A stretch of 46,830 bases of DNA from an uncultured bacterium (lineage in GTDB: Bacteria > CAZDME01 > JAYEMH01), in contig CAZDME010000003.1 in assembly GCA_964506785.1 (NCBI GenBank), forward strand, positions 1 to 46,830, given 5' to 3'. The translations under genes and the position numbers were made by a program. Below, in pieces: positions 22,023 to 30,655 of this stretch. How positions within the stretch are numbered: the stretch's first letter is position 1; each line of letters opens with the position of its first letter. The notes under the pieces are model-generated. The model was given only the letters and a program-made list of their open reading frames with translations, was not told the DNA's origin and searched no databases.

Positions 22023-22601
22023 TTATAATCCCAGAAGCTTACGATTCCGGACAATATAGCTCAAGCCGGAAGCAACCGTTAAAATAATAACTATCAGCAT
22101 AAAAAACCAAATACCGGTTTTTAACCAGTTTTCTAAATATGGGGCGAGTTCTCTAAAGAGAAGAGCCAGGGTAGCCTTCAAGGCAATAAAGGCTAAAATA
22201 ATTATTATCGTCGTGAATTGCGAAATGGTTTTTTGCTTGCCCAATCGATCAGAAGCGAGAATCTTTCCCTCGGAGGCGGCTAAGACCCTCAAACCCATGA
22301 CAGCAAATTCTCTCCCGATAACAATAACTACCATCCAGGCAGGAATTATATTCATCTGGACAAAGGAAATAAAAGCGGCGCTTATCAACATTTTATCGGC
22401 TAAGGGATCAACCAAGATTCCAAATTTGGTTACTGTGTTGGTCAGCCGGGCAACTTTGCCGTCATAATAATCGGTTAGGGCGGCCGCAATAAAGACCAAT
22501 AATGCTCCGTACTTAGCATAGGGATTGTGGACAAATAAAAAAAACATAAAGATAAAAATCAGAATAATCCGTAAAACGGTCAGTTTATTGGCTTTATTCA
22601 T
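22023..22601 (-). CDS. pgsA: CDP-diacylglycerol--glycerol-3-phosphate 3-phosphatidyltransferase
   Basis: NKLTVLR, TDYYDGKVAR, FGILVDPLADK. Confidence 0.95.
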   Translation of the reverse strand: MNKANKLTVLRIILIFIFMFFLFVHNPYAKYGALLVFIAAALTDYYDGKVARLTNTVTKFGILVDPLADKMLISAAFISFVQMNIIPAWMVVIVIGREFAVMGLRVLAASEGKILASDRLGKQKTISQFTTIIIILAFIALKATLALLFRELAPYLENWLKTGIWFFMLIVIILTVASGLSYIVRNRKLLGL

Positions 22602-22622
22602 AGCCCTCACCTTCGGCTCGGG

Positions 22623-22680
22623 AGTAGTCAGTAGATTGCAGTCAGTAAATAGTACAAAATATACTGTCTACTGTATTCTG
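22623..22680. repeat. Heptamer array, inverted pair (AGTAGWY / TMTACTG)
   Basis: AGTAGTC AGTAGAT TGCAGTC AGTAAAT AGTACAA ... TATACTG TCTACTG TATTCTG. Confidence 0.7.
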
Positions 22681-22755
22681 GTGTCCCGTGTCCGGCTCGA
22701 ACGGACGACCTCCGCCATGTCAAGACGGCGCTCTAACCAGCTGAGCTAACGGGAC
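22679..22755 (-). tRNA. tRNA-Val (GAC)
   Basis: Cloverleaf GTCCCGT/ACGGGAC, anticodon arm CCGTC-TTGACAT-GGCGG, TTCGA, encoded CCA. Confidence 0.96.
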
Positions 22756-22791
22756 ACTCTATCGTTTACGAAACATCAATTAACAAATAAT

Positions 22792-22881
22792 TGGTGCCGG
22801 GAGCCGGACTCGAACCGGCACGCCCTTTTAAAGAGCATGGGATTTTAAGTCCCAGGCGTCTACCAATTCCGCCATCCCGGC
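22792..22881 (-). tRNA. tRNA-Leu (TAA)
   Basis: GCCGGGA/TCCCGGC acceptor, CT-TAA-AA loop, long variable arm, CCA. Confidence 0.96.
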
Positions 22882-22887
22882 CATTTC

Positions 22888-22982
22888 AGCAAATAGCCAA
22901 TGGCTAACAGCATTTGGCAAATAGCCTGTGGCAGTAAAAATAAAAATTTAAACTATTCCCTATTTGCTATATGCCATTTGCG
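22888..22982. repeat. Heptamer array, inverted pair (RGCAAAT / CTATTTG)
   Basis: AGCAAAT AGCCAAT GGCTAAC AGCATTT GGCAAAT AGCCTGT GGCAGTA ... CTATTCC CTATTTG CTATATG CCATTTG. Confidence 0.85.
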
Positions 22983-22986
22983 ATGA

Positions 22987-23062
22987 TGGAGGCGTGGGTC
23001 GGATTTGAACCGACGCATCGCGGTTTTGCAGACCGCTCCCTTAGCCACTTGGGTACCACGCC
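22987..23062 (-). tRNA. tRNA-Cys (GCA)
   Basis: GGCGTGG/CCACGCC acceptor, CT-GCA-AA loop, U73 discriminator, CCA. Confidence 0.96.
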
Positions 23063-23120
23063 ATCATTACTACCTGCTATCTACTCTCTGCTGTTTAGCC
23101 TTTACGGCTATTGGCGCTAT

Positions 23121-23150
23121 ATTATATGTGCTGCAAATGCTTGCTGTCAA
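23121..23150 (-). promoter_or_regulatory. sigma70 promoter of tRNA cluster
   Basis: TTGACA-18 nt-TATAAT. Confidence 0.8.
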
Positions 23151-23224
23151 GAATAAATCGGTTTGCCGGATAATTCGTTCCGTATTTCGTATACCGTGGC
23201 TATAGACGGAAACGATAGAAAACT

Positions 23225-23533
23225 TTAAAGTCGATGAGAAATAGCGCTTTTACTGAAGGTAATCTTTACTCGTTCGGAAACTTCCACTACAACCTTACTA
23301 TCTTTGATATCGGCTACCGTTCCATAAATCCCTCCCTGGGTAACAATCCGGTCGCCTCTTTTTAGTTCTGCTATCATTTTCTGGCGCTGCTGTTCCTTTT
23401 TCTGCTGCGGGCGTATCAAAAGCATATAAAAAATGACAAAAATAATAATTATCGGCAGAAAGCCCATCATCCCTGAACCTCCGGGGCTTGGGCCGCCCGC
23501 TCCAGCTCCCATTGCATAAGCAACTTCACGCAT
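23225..23533 (-). CDS. yajC: Preprotein translocase subunit YajC
   Basis: FYMLLIRPQQK, GDRIVTQGGIYG; follows tgt. Confidence 0.96.
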   Translation of the reverse strand: MREVAYAMGAGAGGPSPGGSGMMGFLPIIIIFVIFYMLLIRPQQKKEQQRQKMIAELKRGDRIVTQGGIYGTVADIKDSKVVVEVSERVKITFSKSAISHRL

Positions 23534-23563
23534 ATCTCCTCCTTTTCTACTTTCAATTGTTGG

Positions 23564-23605
23564 CCGTCTATTTTCTGGCTTCCGTGCTCTGTTTTCTGTT
23601 ATCTA
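23564..23605. repeat. Heptamer array, single arm (TTTTCTG family)
   Basis: CCGTCTA TTTTCTG GCTTCCG TGCTCTG TTTTCTG TTATCTA. Confidence 0.7.
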
Positions 23606-23619
23606 CTTCGTTAATTATG

Positions 23620-24732
23620 TTAAGCCTGATAATTCTTTTCGAACTCTTTTAAAAATTCCGAGAAACTATCCTTTATGATTGCCCGACGGGCCTCGCCTAA
23701 TATCCGGGTGTAAAAGTGTAAATTATGCCAGGTAGCTAAACGCATAGCTAAAATTTCGCCTCCTTTAAAAAGATGGCGAAGATAAGCGCGGCTAAAATTC
23801 TGGCAAGTGTAGCAAGAACAGCTTTCATCTATCGGCCGGAAATCTTCACGAAACGGGGCATTTTTCAAACACATCTTTCCCTGATAAGTATACACAGTTC
23901 CGTTTCGGGCATTACGGGTTGGAATAGCGCAATCAAACATATCCACTCCTCTTTCTACCGCTTTAATCACATCTAAAGGAGTCCCTACACCCATTAAATA
24001 TCGGGGCTTTCCCTTAGGGAGATAATTAACCGTAGCCTCGACTATTTCAAAAATAATATCCTTTGCCTCTCCGACACTAACTCCCCCGAGGGCATAGCCG
24101 TCAAAACCAATGTCAGTTAAGCGTTCTGCGCACTTTCGCCTAATATCCGGATAGGTGCTGCCCTGGACAATACCGAATAATAACTGCTTGTTCTTTCGTC
24201 TTTCTAAAAAAACCTCTCTTCCCCGCCGAGCCCATTTTAAGGTTAACTCAACGGATTCTTTTACCTTGTTAAATGGTGTAGGGTAAGGCAAGCATTCGTC
24301 TAAGACAGTGGCTATATCTACCCCGAAATCCAATTGAGTCTTTACCGCCTCTTCAGGGGTTAAAAAAATCGTCGCTCCGTCAATAACAGATTTAAAAGAA
24401 ACACCAGTTTCTTCCAGTTTACATAAAGGAGCCAAACTAAAAATTTGGTACCCTCCACTATCAGTCAGAAGAGGCCTATCCCAATGCATGAATGAATGCA
24501 GCCCTCCAGCCTTCTTTATTAAATTCGGCCCGGGCCTCCAGAAAAGATGAAAGGTATTGGATAAAATAACTTGGACACCGATATCTTTCAGCTCATCTGG
24601 ACTCATACTTTTCACTGTGGCCTGCGTCCCTACCGGCATAAAAACCGGCGTCTCGATTTTGCCATGGGGTGTATCAAGCTCACCGCTGCGGGCGGCCGTG
24701 TTTTTATCAGTATGGAGCAATTTGAAAGGCAT
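23620..24732 (-). CDS. tgt: Queuine tRNA-ribosyltransferase
   Basis: TPVFMPVGT, TDSGGYQ, DMFDC, CxCxxC...H Zn site. Confidence 0.98.
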   Translation of the reverse strand: MPFKLLHTDKNTAARSGELDTPHGKIETPVFMPVGTQATVKSMSPDELKDIGVQVILSNTFHLFWRPGPNLIKKAGGLHSFMHWDRPLLTDSGGYQIFSLAPLCKLEETGVSFKSVIDGATIFLTPEEAVKTQLDFGVDIATVLDECLPYPTPFNKVKESVELTLKWARRGREVFLERRKNKQLLFGIVQGSTYPDIRRKCAERLTDIGFDGYALGGVSVGEAKDIIFEIVEATVNYLPKGKPRYLMGVGTPLDVIKAVERGVDMFDCAIPTRNARNGTVYTYQGKMCLKNAPFREDFRPIDESCSCYTCQNFSRAYLRHLFKGGEILAMRLATWHNLHFYTRILGEARRAIIKDSFSEFLKEFEKNYQA

Positions 24733-24745
24733 AGTAAAAAAAATA

Positions 24746-24828
24746 CAGACAACAGAACACAGCGAATAGATTAAAATCTATCTCCTTAACAATTCTTCTG
24801 CTATTTGCATTCTGTTTTTTGTCCTCTG
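24746..24828. repeat. Heptamer array, inverted pair (CAGAVNA / TYYTCTG)
   Basis: CAGACAA CAGAACA CAGCGAA TAGATTA ... TCTTCTG CTATTTG CATTCTG TTTTTTG TCCTCTG. Confidence 0.75.
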
Positions 24829-24842
24829 TGTTATTATGTATG

Positions 24843-25877
24843 TTAATTCTTCAATATCAGCATGGCATCGCCATAACTGTAGAAACGATACTTCTCTTGG
24901 ACGGCTTGGCCGTAGGCTTCAAACATTTCTTCCCGAGTAAGAAAAGCACAGACCAAAAGAAAAAGGGTCGTCCTGGGAAGATGGAAATTGGTAACCATCC
25001 CATTAACAATCTTGAATTTATACCCGGGATAGATAAAAATGCCGGTCCAACCTTGACCGGATGAAATTTCGCCCTTTTTATCGGCTAAAGTTTCTAAAAC
25101 CCTGACCGTGGTTGTCCCCACGGCAATTATCCGGCGGTTTTCTCTGCGGGCCTGATTTATCTTGTCTGCCGTTTTTTGCGGCAGATAAAAGAATTCCCTC
25201 TCCATTCGGTGTTTGGTTAAGTCTTCATCCCGTATTGGGCTAAAGGTGCCAAGCCCAACATTCAAGGTAAGCAAGGTAAAATCTATTCCTTTCTTTTCCA
25301 GCCTTTCCATCAACTCAGAGGTAAAATGCAACCCTGCCGTAGGCGCCGCTATCGCTCCTTCAACCCGGGCAAAAATTGTCTGGTAACGCTGGGAATCAGA
25401 TTCTTCCACTTCTCTTTTTATATAGGGTGGTAAGGGTATCTTTCCGATTTGCCAGAGATCTTCTTTAACTTCTCTATGGGAATCAAATTTTAGAATAACC
25501 TCTCCTTCTTCTTTTTTCCCTGCCACTTCAGCTAAAAGCTCGGTTCCTTCAAAAGCAATTTTCATCCCGGGTTTTAAGCGCCGGCTACCCTTAGCCTTAG
25601 CCTGCCAATGATTCTTATCTATTTCTCTAAGCAGCAACAACTCTATCTTACCCCCCGAATCTATCTTTTCCCCTTTCAGGCGGGCCGGGATAACCTTGGT
25701 GTCATTAAAAACCAACAGATCCCCTGCCTGCAAAAAATCATCTATGTTTTTAAAAATGGCATGCTCAATTTTCTTTCCGCGAATAACCATTAAACGGGAT
25801 TCATCCCGCGATTTAGCCGGATACTGGGCAATCAGCCCTTTTGGTAAATGATAATCAAAATGGGATAAACTGAGCAT
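24843..25877 (-). CDS. queA: SAM:tRNA ribosyltransferase-isomerase
   Basis: FNDTKVIPAR, PLPPYI, AAPTAGLHF, TNFHLP, YSYGDAM. Confidence 0.98.
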   Translation of the reverse strand: MLSLSHFDYHLPKGLIAQYPAKSRDESRLMVIRGKKIEHAIFKNIDDFLQAGDLLVFNDTKVIPARLKGEKIDSGGKIELLLLREIDKNHWQAKAKGSRRLKPGMKIAFEGTELLAEVAGKKEEGEVILKFDSHREVKEDLWQIGKIPLPPYIKREVEESDSQRYQTIFARVEGAIAAPTAGLHFTSELMERLEKKGIDFTLLTLNVGLGTFSPIRDEDLTKHRMEREFFYLPQKTADKINQARRENRRIIAVGTTTVRVLETLADKKGEISSGQGWTGIFIYPGYKFKIVNGMVTNFHLPRTTLFLLVCAFLTREEMFEAYGQAVQEKYRFYSYGDAMLILKN

Positions 25878-25880
25878 TCC

Positions 25881-27008
25881 TTAATAAACAACCTCTATTT
25901 TAGTCCCCGGGTAATAAAATTTCAAAATCCTGTCGTACTTATAACCTTTAAGGGCCATCCCCCTGGCTCCCCACTGACAAAGGCCGACTCCATGCCCCCA
26001 GCCTTTTCCTTCAAACTCTATGGCTTCATCAATCTTTTTCATTTTGAAATTAGTGCTTCTAATAATTTTGGGGCCGAGAATCAAGCGGAAGTCATTCCCT
26101 TTAACGACCGTCCTTCCTTTATTATGGATAATAATTATTTTCTCCACTCTTCCTGAAGGCGACTTACCCAGGGGCTTCAGGTCAATTATTTGATTGAATT
26201 TATATCCGTTGCGCTGAAAAGCCTGAGCCATCCGCCGAAGGCCAAGTTTCTCTTTCCAGCAGAAATGCGGCGAGCTTTTACAATAAGAACACCGTTTTAC
26301 CTGGAGATAGGGCAGGCTCTTTCCCCAAACATATTTTGGGTTTTCCGTATAACCTCCGCAAGTAGCATGATAATAGGCAGAAATCGCTTGCCCCATATAA
26401 GTCAACACCATTCCCCGGGTCTCGTTTATTACCTCCGTTAGAACTGGATCTTCACTTAAGAAACCAGCGTACACCTGGGATAAAACCGTATTGGTTAGAT
26501 GATAATCCTCATTAGTCCTTTCTTTCGCTTTAGAGAGCGCAAAGGTGCGGGCAACAATGGCTTGAGCTTTGAGTGCCTCCCGCGGCCAGCCAGGAGATAC
26601 TTCATGTTTTAGTACCCCGTACAAATATTCATCGATAGGCAGCTCATTTATTATTAACAAATCATTTCTGGATTGCCGCCGGCATTCAATTCTCCCGCGG
26701 TACTGCCTTTTGCCAAGGCTAATTATACCTAGAGGCTGAGATTCTATGCTGATACTTTGTGTATCTGTAACCACTCCGCCTAAATTAAGGCCGTTTCTGG
26801 CCGGCCTGATTTTGAAGTCAAGAAGAGAAGGCTTATCCAATAAAATCTTTTGCGTTTTGAGGTCGCGGATTTCTATCGGGGTAAAACAGGAAATAGAGAT
26901 TGAGTTAATTCCTTCTAAAACCTTAACCCGGATATAATTCTCTTCTCCGGCTAAGGCAGGTAAACCCACACAAACCGATATCAAAAAAAATATAATAATT
27001 TTTTTCAT
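25881..27008 (-). CDS. SpoIID/LytB-domain lytic transglycosylase with signal peptide
   Basis: YRG, EYLYGV..EV, ALKAQAIVART, GWGHGVGLCQWGA, ILKFYYPG. Confidence 0.93.
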   Translation of the reverse strand: MKKIIIFFLISVCVGLPALAGEENYIRVKVLEGINSISISCFTPIEIRDLKTQKILLDKPSLLDFKIRPARNGLNLGGVVTDTQSISIESQPLGIISLGKRQYRGRIECRRQSRNDLLIINELPIDEYLYGVLKHEVSPGWPREALKAQAIVARTFALSKAKERTNEDYHLTNTVLSQVYAGFLSEDPVLTEVINETRGMVLTYMGQAISAYYHATCGGYTENPKYVWGKSLPYLQVKRCSYCKSSPHFCWKEKLGLRRMAQAFQRNGYKFNQIIDLKPLGKSPSGRVEKIIIIHNKGRTVVKGNDFRLILGPKIIRSTNFKMKKIDEAIEFEGKGWGHGVGLCQWGARGMALKGYKYDRILKFYYPGTKIEVVY

Positions 27009-27036
27009 CGTTAAAGTAAATCTACTCCTATCTTAC

Positions 27037-27107
27037 GGCTTTTCGCTCTTGGCTGATGGTTTAAGGCTAAAAAATCTTTCGCTATGAGCTGCGAGCTATG
27101 AGCCAGA
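27037..27107. repeat. Heptamer array pair (GGCTNNN / AGCTATG)
   Basis: GGCTTTT CGCTCTT GGCTGAT GGTTTAA GGCTAAA ... CGCTATG AGCTGCG AGCTATG AGCC. Confidence 0.7.
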
Positions 27108-27665
27108 AAAATTTTTTTCTCCAGCTATCTTCTGCCTTTTTCTTGTTTCTTCCGCTTCTTTTATGCTCGGTTTACAGCCGCAGTATTTCTGGTGATAGAG
27201 GCCGAGTTTATGGGCTTCTTTCCTGTAGCTATAAAAAAAATGACGAAAATCTTCATAATAAAAATTTACGCCGAATTCCCGGCTGATTTCTTCGGCCAGA
27301 TTTATTATTAGTCTATGTTTTTGATAAGGGCTGACTAAAAGCGTGGTCGTAAAAAAATCGAAATTTAGGTTCCCCGCCGTCTGAGCGGTTTTAGCCAGTC
27401 GCTCCTCATAACATAACGGGCAACGTTTAAAAGAAGGCCCTGAATTCAGCTCTGCCTTCCAAGAATCGTCATACATTACCGCCATGCCTTTTTCCGCTTC
27501 ATACTTCACCAGGGATTCTTTTCTTTTCTCATATTCCTCTCTTGGCCAAATATTTGGGTTATACCAGAAACCAGTAATCAAAAAATCCTTTTTCTCTAAA
27601 AGTTTTGTGACAGGAAGGCTGCAGGGGGCGCAGCAAATATGAAGAAGTATTTTAGGTTTAATCAT
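27096..27665 (-). CDS. queH: Epoxyqueuosine reductase QueH (DUF208)
   Basis: LLHICCAPCS, YNPNI, RCxxCY, TTTLLVSP, YCGC; near queA/tgt. Confidence 0.92.
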   Translation of the reverse strand: MIKPKILLHICCAPCSLPVTKLLEKKDFLITGFWYNPNIWPREEYEKRKESLVKYEAEKGMAVMYDDSWKAELNSGPSFKRCPLCYEERLAKTAQTAGNLNFDFFTTTLLVSPYQKHRLIINLAEEISREFGVNFYYEDFRHFFYSYRKEAHKLGLYHQKYCGCKPSIKEAEETRKRQKIAGEKNFSGS

Positions 27666-27686
27666 ATTTAATTGACAAATGGTAGG

Positions 27687-28706
27687 CTACCAAAATTTCT
27701 GCTGAGGCTCGGATTCCTTAAGATAACGCAGATGCTCATAGGCAAGCTGTGTGGCCCGGCGGCCATGGGAAGTACGTTTGATAAACCCTTCCTGTATAAG
27801 GTAGGGTTCGTATACCTCTTCAATAGTAGAGCTTTCTTCCCCAACGGCTACGGCAATATTATTCAAACCTACTGGTCCACCTTTGAATTTTTTTATAATT
27901 GCTCCAAGAATCTTTTTATCCATTTCATCCAGTCCCCGTTTATCCACTTCAAGCATCTTTAATCCGAAATCAGCAATTCCCCGATTAACTACCCCATCGC
28001 CTTTAATCTGAGCATAATCCCGGATTCTTCTCAGTAATCGATTGGCAATACGAGGAGTCCCCCGAGAGCGCTGGGAAATCTCTTGCCCGCCCTCCGTGTC
28101 GATAGGGATATTTAAAATTCTGGCTGAACGCAAAATTATTTGATGAATTTCCTCTTGATTATAGAAACCCAGGCGATTAACGACACCGAAACGGGAACGA
28201 AGAGGAGAAGTAAGTAGCCCGGCTCGAGTAGTCGCTCCAATCAAAGTAAAAGGACTCAGTTGTAATTTTACCGAGCGGGCCTGCGGTCCTTTGTCAATCA
28301 TAATGTCCAAAGTGAAATTTTCCATAGCCGAATAGAGATACTCCTCTATGGGACGGCTTAAACGATGGATTTCATCAATAAAAAGCACATCGTTCTTCTC
28401 TAAATTTGTCAAAAGCCCGGCTAAATCTCCGGCTCTTTCGATGGCTGGCCCGGAAGTAGCTTTAACTCCCACGCCCATTTCCTGGGCAATAATATAGGCT
28501 AAGGTCGTCTTCCCCAATCCAGGCGGCCCATAAAGAAGAACATGGTCAAGCGCTTCTTTCCTTTTGGCCGCCGCAGCAATAAAAATGGAAAGATTCTCTT
28601 TAATCTTCGACTGCCCGACAAACTCTTTCAAATTTTTTGGACGGAGAGTGGCATCGAATTCCCGGTCTTCTTCGTGTAAATCAGGAGCGGTTACTCTATT
28701 TGCCAT
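27687..28706 (-). CDS. ruvB: Holliday junction branch migration ATPase
   Basis: [31 protein letters not shown]. Confidence 0.99.
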   Translation of the reverse strand: MANRVTAPDLHEEDREFDATLRPKNLKEFVGQSKIKENLSIFIAAAAKRKEALDHVLLYGPPGLGKTTLAYIIAQEMGVGVKATSGPAIERAGDLAGLLTNLEKNDVLFIDEIHRLSRPIEEYLYSAMENFTLDIMIDKGPQARSVKLQLSPFTLIGATTRAGLLTSPLRSRFGVVNRLGFYNQEEIHQIILRSARILNIPIDTEGGQEISQRSRGTPRIANRLLRRIRDYAQIKGDGVVNRGIADFGLKMLEVDKRGLDEMDKKILGAIIKKFKGGPVGLNNIAVAVGEESSTIEEVYEPYLIQEGFIKRTSHGRRATQLAYEHLRYLKESEPQQKFW

Positions 28707-28728
28707 TAGCTTATACCCGAGATACCTG

Positions 28729-28812
28729 CGTTATATGGAATGTTAATCCTGTTTACATAACACATTAAACTTCCCGCATTGAACAAAAGACATACATTAT
28801 ATAAAACACTTT
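28729..28812. repeat. Degenerate heptamer array (CATTACA family)
   Basis: CATAACA CATTAAA CTTCCCG CATTGAA CAAAAGA ... CATTATA TAAAACA. Confidence 0.55.
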
Positions 28813-28814
28813 GT

Positions 28815-29414
28815 CTATATCTTCTTAAGGGCTTCGCGGATTAAAAACTCTAAACTGTCAACTGATTTATTCTTAAAATTTTCCACCGCTTTTTGCGCCG
28901 CTACTCGTTTATATCCTAAAGAAACCAAAGCCTGGACAGCATCTCTTTCTAAATTCGGCCTTGGCCCTTCTAATTTTTTCAAACGACCTTTTTCCTCTAT
29001 AAGTGCATAAAGATTTTTAATTCGTTCGCGCAATTCAAAAATAAGCCGCTGGGCAATCTTTCTGCCCACTCCCGGAATGAGCATAAAAGCGGCTACATCT
29101 TCATTATCGACCATCCTAACTACATCTTCTAAAGATAAGCTGGACAAAATAGCCAAGGACAATCGGGGGCCAACGCCAGAAATGGAATTGAGGAGATTAA
29201 AGAGTTCTTTCTCTTTTAAACTGGCAAAACCATAAATTTCCCAGAGATTCTCCCTGATGTAAAGAGAGGTAAGAACCTTTATTTTACTGCCTGGTTCTCC
29301 AAGTTTCTCGAAGGTTGAAAGAGGGATATTTACTTTATATCCAACGCCGTTAACTTCTACCAAGCAGGAGGTTGGCCGCTTTTCTTTAAGAAACCCTTCG
29401 AGATAATCAATCAT
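28815..29414 (-). CDS. ruvA: Holliday junction DNA-binding protein
   Basis: NGVGY, SGVGPR, IPGVGRKIAQR, ALVSLGY. Confidence 0.97.
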   Translation of the reverse strand: MIDYLEGFLKEKRPTSCLVEVNGVGYKVNIPLSTFEKLGEPGSKIKVLTSLYIRENLWEIYGFASLKEKELFNLLNSISGVGPRLSLAILSSLSLEDVVRMVDNEDVAAFMLIPGVGRKIAQRLIFELRERIKNLYALIEEKGRLKKLEGPRPNLERDAVQALVSLGYKRVAAQKAVENFKNKSVDSLEFLIREALKKI

Positions 29415-29901
29415 TTTTAATTTTGTTCCGGGGGAACGAATGAAAGTAGCATAAGGCTATGGCTAAAGCGTCGGCGGCATCATCAGACTTAGGGATTTCC
29501 TTCAAATTGCCGATAAGCTGGGTTATCATATATTGCACCTGAGGTTTAGATGCCCGGCCTCTCCCGACTACAGAAAGTTTTACTTCCAGGGGAGTAAATT
29601 CTTTTATCTTTAACCCTTTACTAATAACAGCCAGGGTAGTAATTCCCCGAGCTTCACCGACTTTTAAAGCCGTTTTCACGTTCTTAGCAAAAAAAAGTTT
29701 TTCTAAAGCGACCACGTCGGGTTTAAATTTACTAATAATCTTCCGCACTTCCCGGTAGATAATTTGCAGCCGGTTCCCATGGTTTTCACCTGCCCCAGTA
29801 ACTATACAACCGTAGTTAACAAGCTCTGGAGAATTTTTGCTTATTTCAATTATGCCATAGCCTGTCCGGGCTAATCCTGGATCCAAACCTAAAATTTTCA
29901 T
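29407..29901 (-). CDS. ruvC: Crossover junction endodeoxyribonuclease
   Basis: ILGLDPG, GEARG, DDAADALAIA. Confidence 0.97.
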   Translation of the reverse strand: MKILGLDPGLARTGYGIIEISKNSPELVNYGCIVTGAGENHGNRLQIIYREVRKIISKFKPDVVALEKLFFAKNVKTALKVGEARGITTLAVISKGLKIKEFTPLEVKLSVVGRGRASKPQVQYMITQLIGNLKEIPKSDDAADALAIALCYFHSFPRNKIKND

Positions 29902-30650
29902 TTTTTGCCCAATTTTTCTAAAATTTCATTAGAGATATCGAAGTTAGCATAGACATTCTGGACATCCTCGTGCTCTTCTAAAATATCCATCATTTTAAGA
30001 ATTTGCTCAGCTTCTTTCTCTTGGAGTTTAATCGTGCTGTGCGGATCCATAGTAATATCGGCTAAAGTATACTTAACATTTTTCCCGTCAAATTTGGCTT
30101 TTACCTTTTCGAAATTCTGCGGCAGGGTAATTACTTCGTAACTATCTTCGATTGTCCGCACATCTTCGGCACCGGCCTCAAGAGCAAGCTCAATCAACTC
30201 TTCCTCTGGCAAAGATTCTTTAGGGATGACAATAACACCTTTCTTATGAAACATCCAAGACACACAACCGGCCGCTCCCAGGCTTGCTCCGGCTTTGCTG
30301 AAAATATGGCGAATTTCTGTCATTGTCCGATTTTTATTGTCAGTAAGCACTTCTACCATAATTGCCACCTTACCCGGGCCATAGCCTTCATAAATAAACT
30401 CCTCATAAGAAACACCTGGCAGCTCTCCCGTCCCCCGTTTAACCGCCCGTTCTATATTTCCACTGGGCATATTAGCCATTTTCGCCCGATTAATCGCCAC
30501 CCGAAGCCGAGGATTCGTTTCTATCTCACCCCCTCCCTGACGGGCGGCAACAGCAATCTCTTTAATTAATTTAGAAAAAAGTTTTCCTCTGCGTGCATCA
30601 GTTGCCGCTTTCTTATGTTTAATACTCGCCCATTTCGAATGTCCAGACAA
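29898..30650 (-). CDS. yebC: YebC/PmpR family protein
   Basis: MSGHSKWASIKHKK, YEGYGPG, TDNKNRT, DVQNVYAN. Confidence 0.97.
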   Translation of the reverse strand: MSGHSKWASIKHKKAATDARRGKLFSKLIKEIAVAARQGGGEIETNPRLRVAINRAKMANMPSGNIERAVKRGTGELPGVSYEEFIYEGYGPGKVAIMVEVLTDNKNRTMTEIRHIFSKAGASLGAAGCVSWMFHKKGVIVIPKESLPEEELIELALEAGAEDVRTIEDSYEVITLPQNFEKVKAKFDGKNVKYTLADITMDPHSTIKLQEKEAEQILKMMDILEEHEDVQNVYANFDISNEILEKLGKK

Positions 30651-30655
30651 CTCGA

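Noticed and set aside
22611-23062. Integrative element at the tRNA cluster
   Set aside because: No integrase, no duplicated tRNA 3' end seen, and the flanks are core genes.
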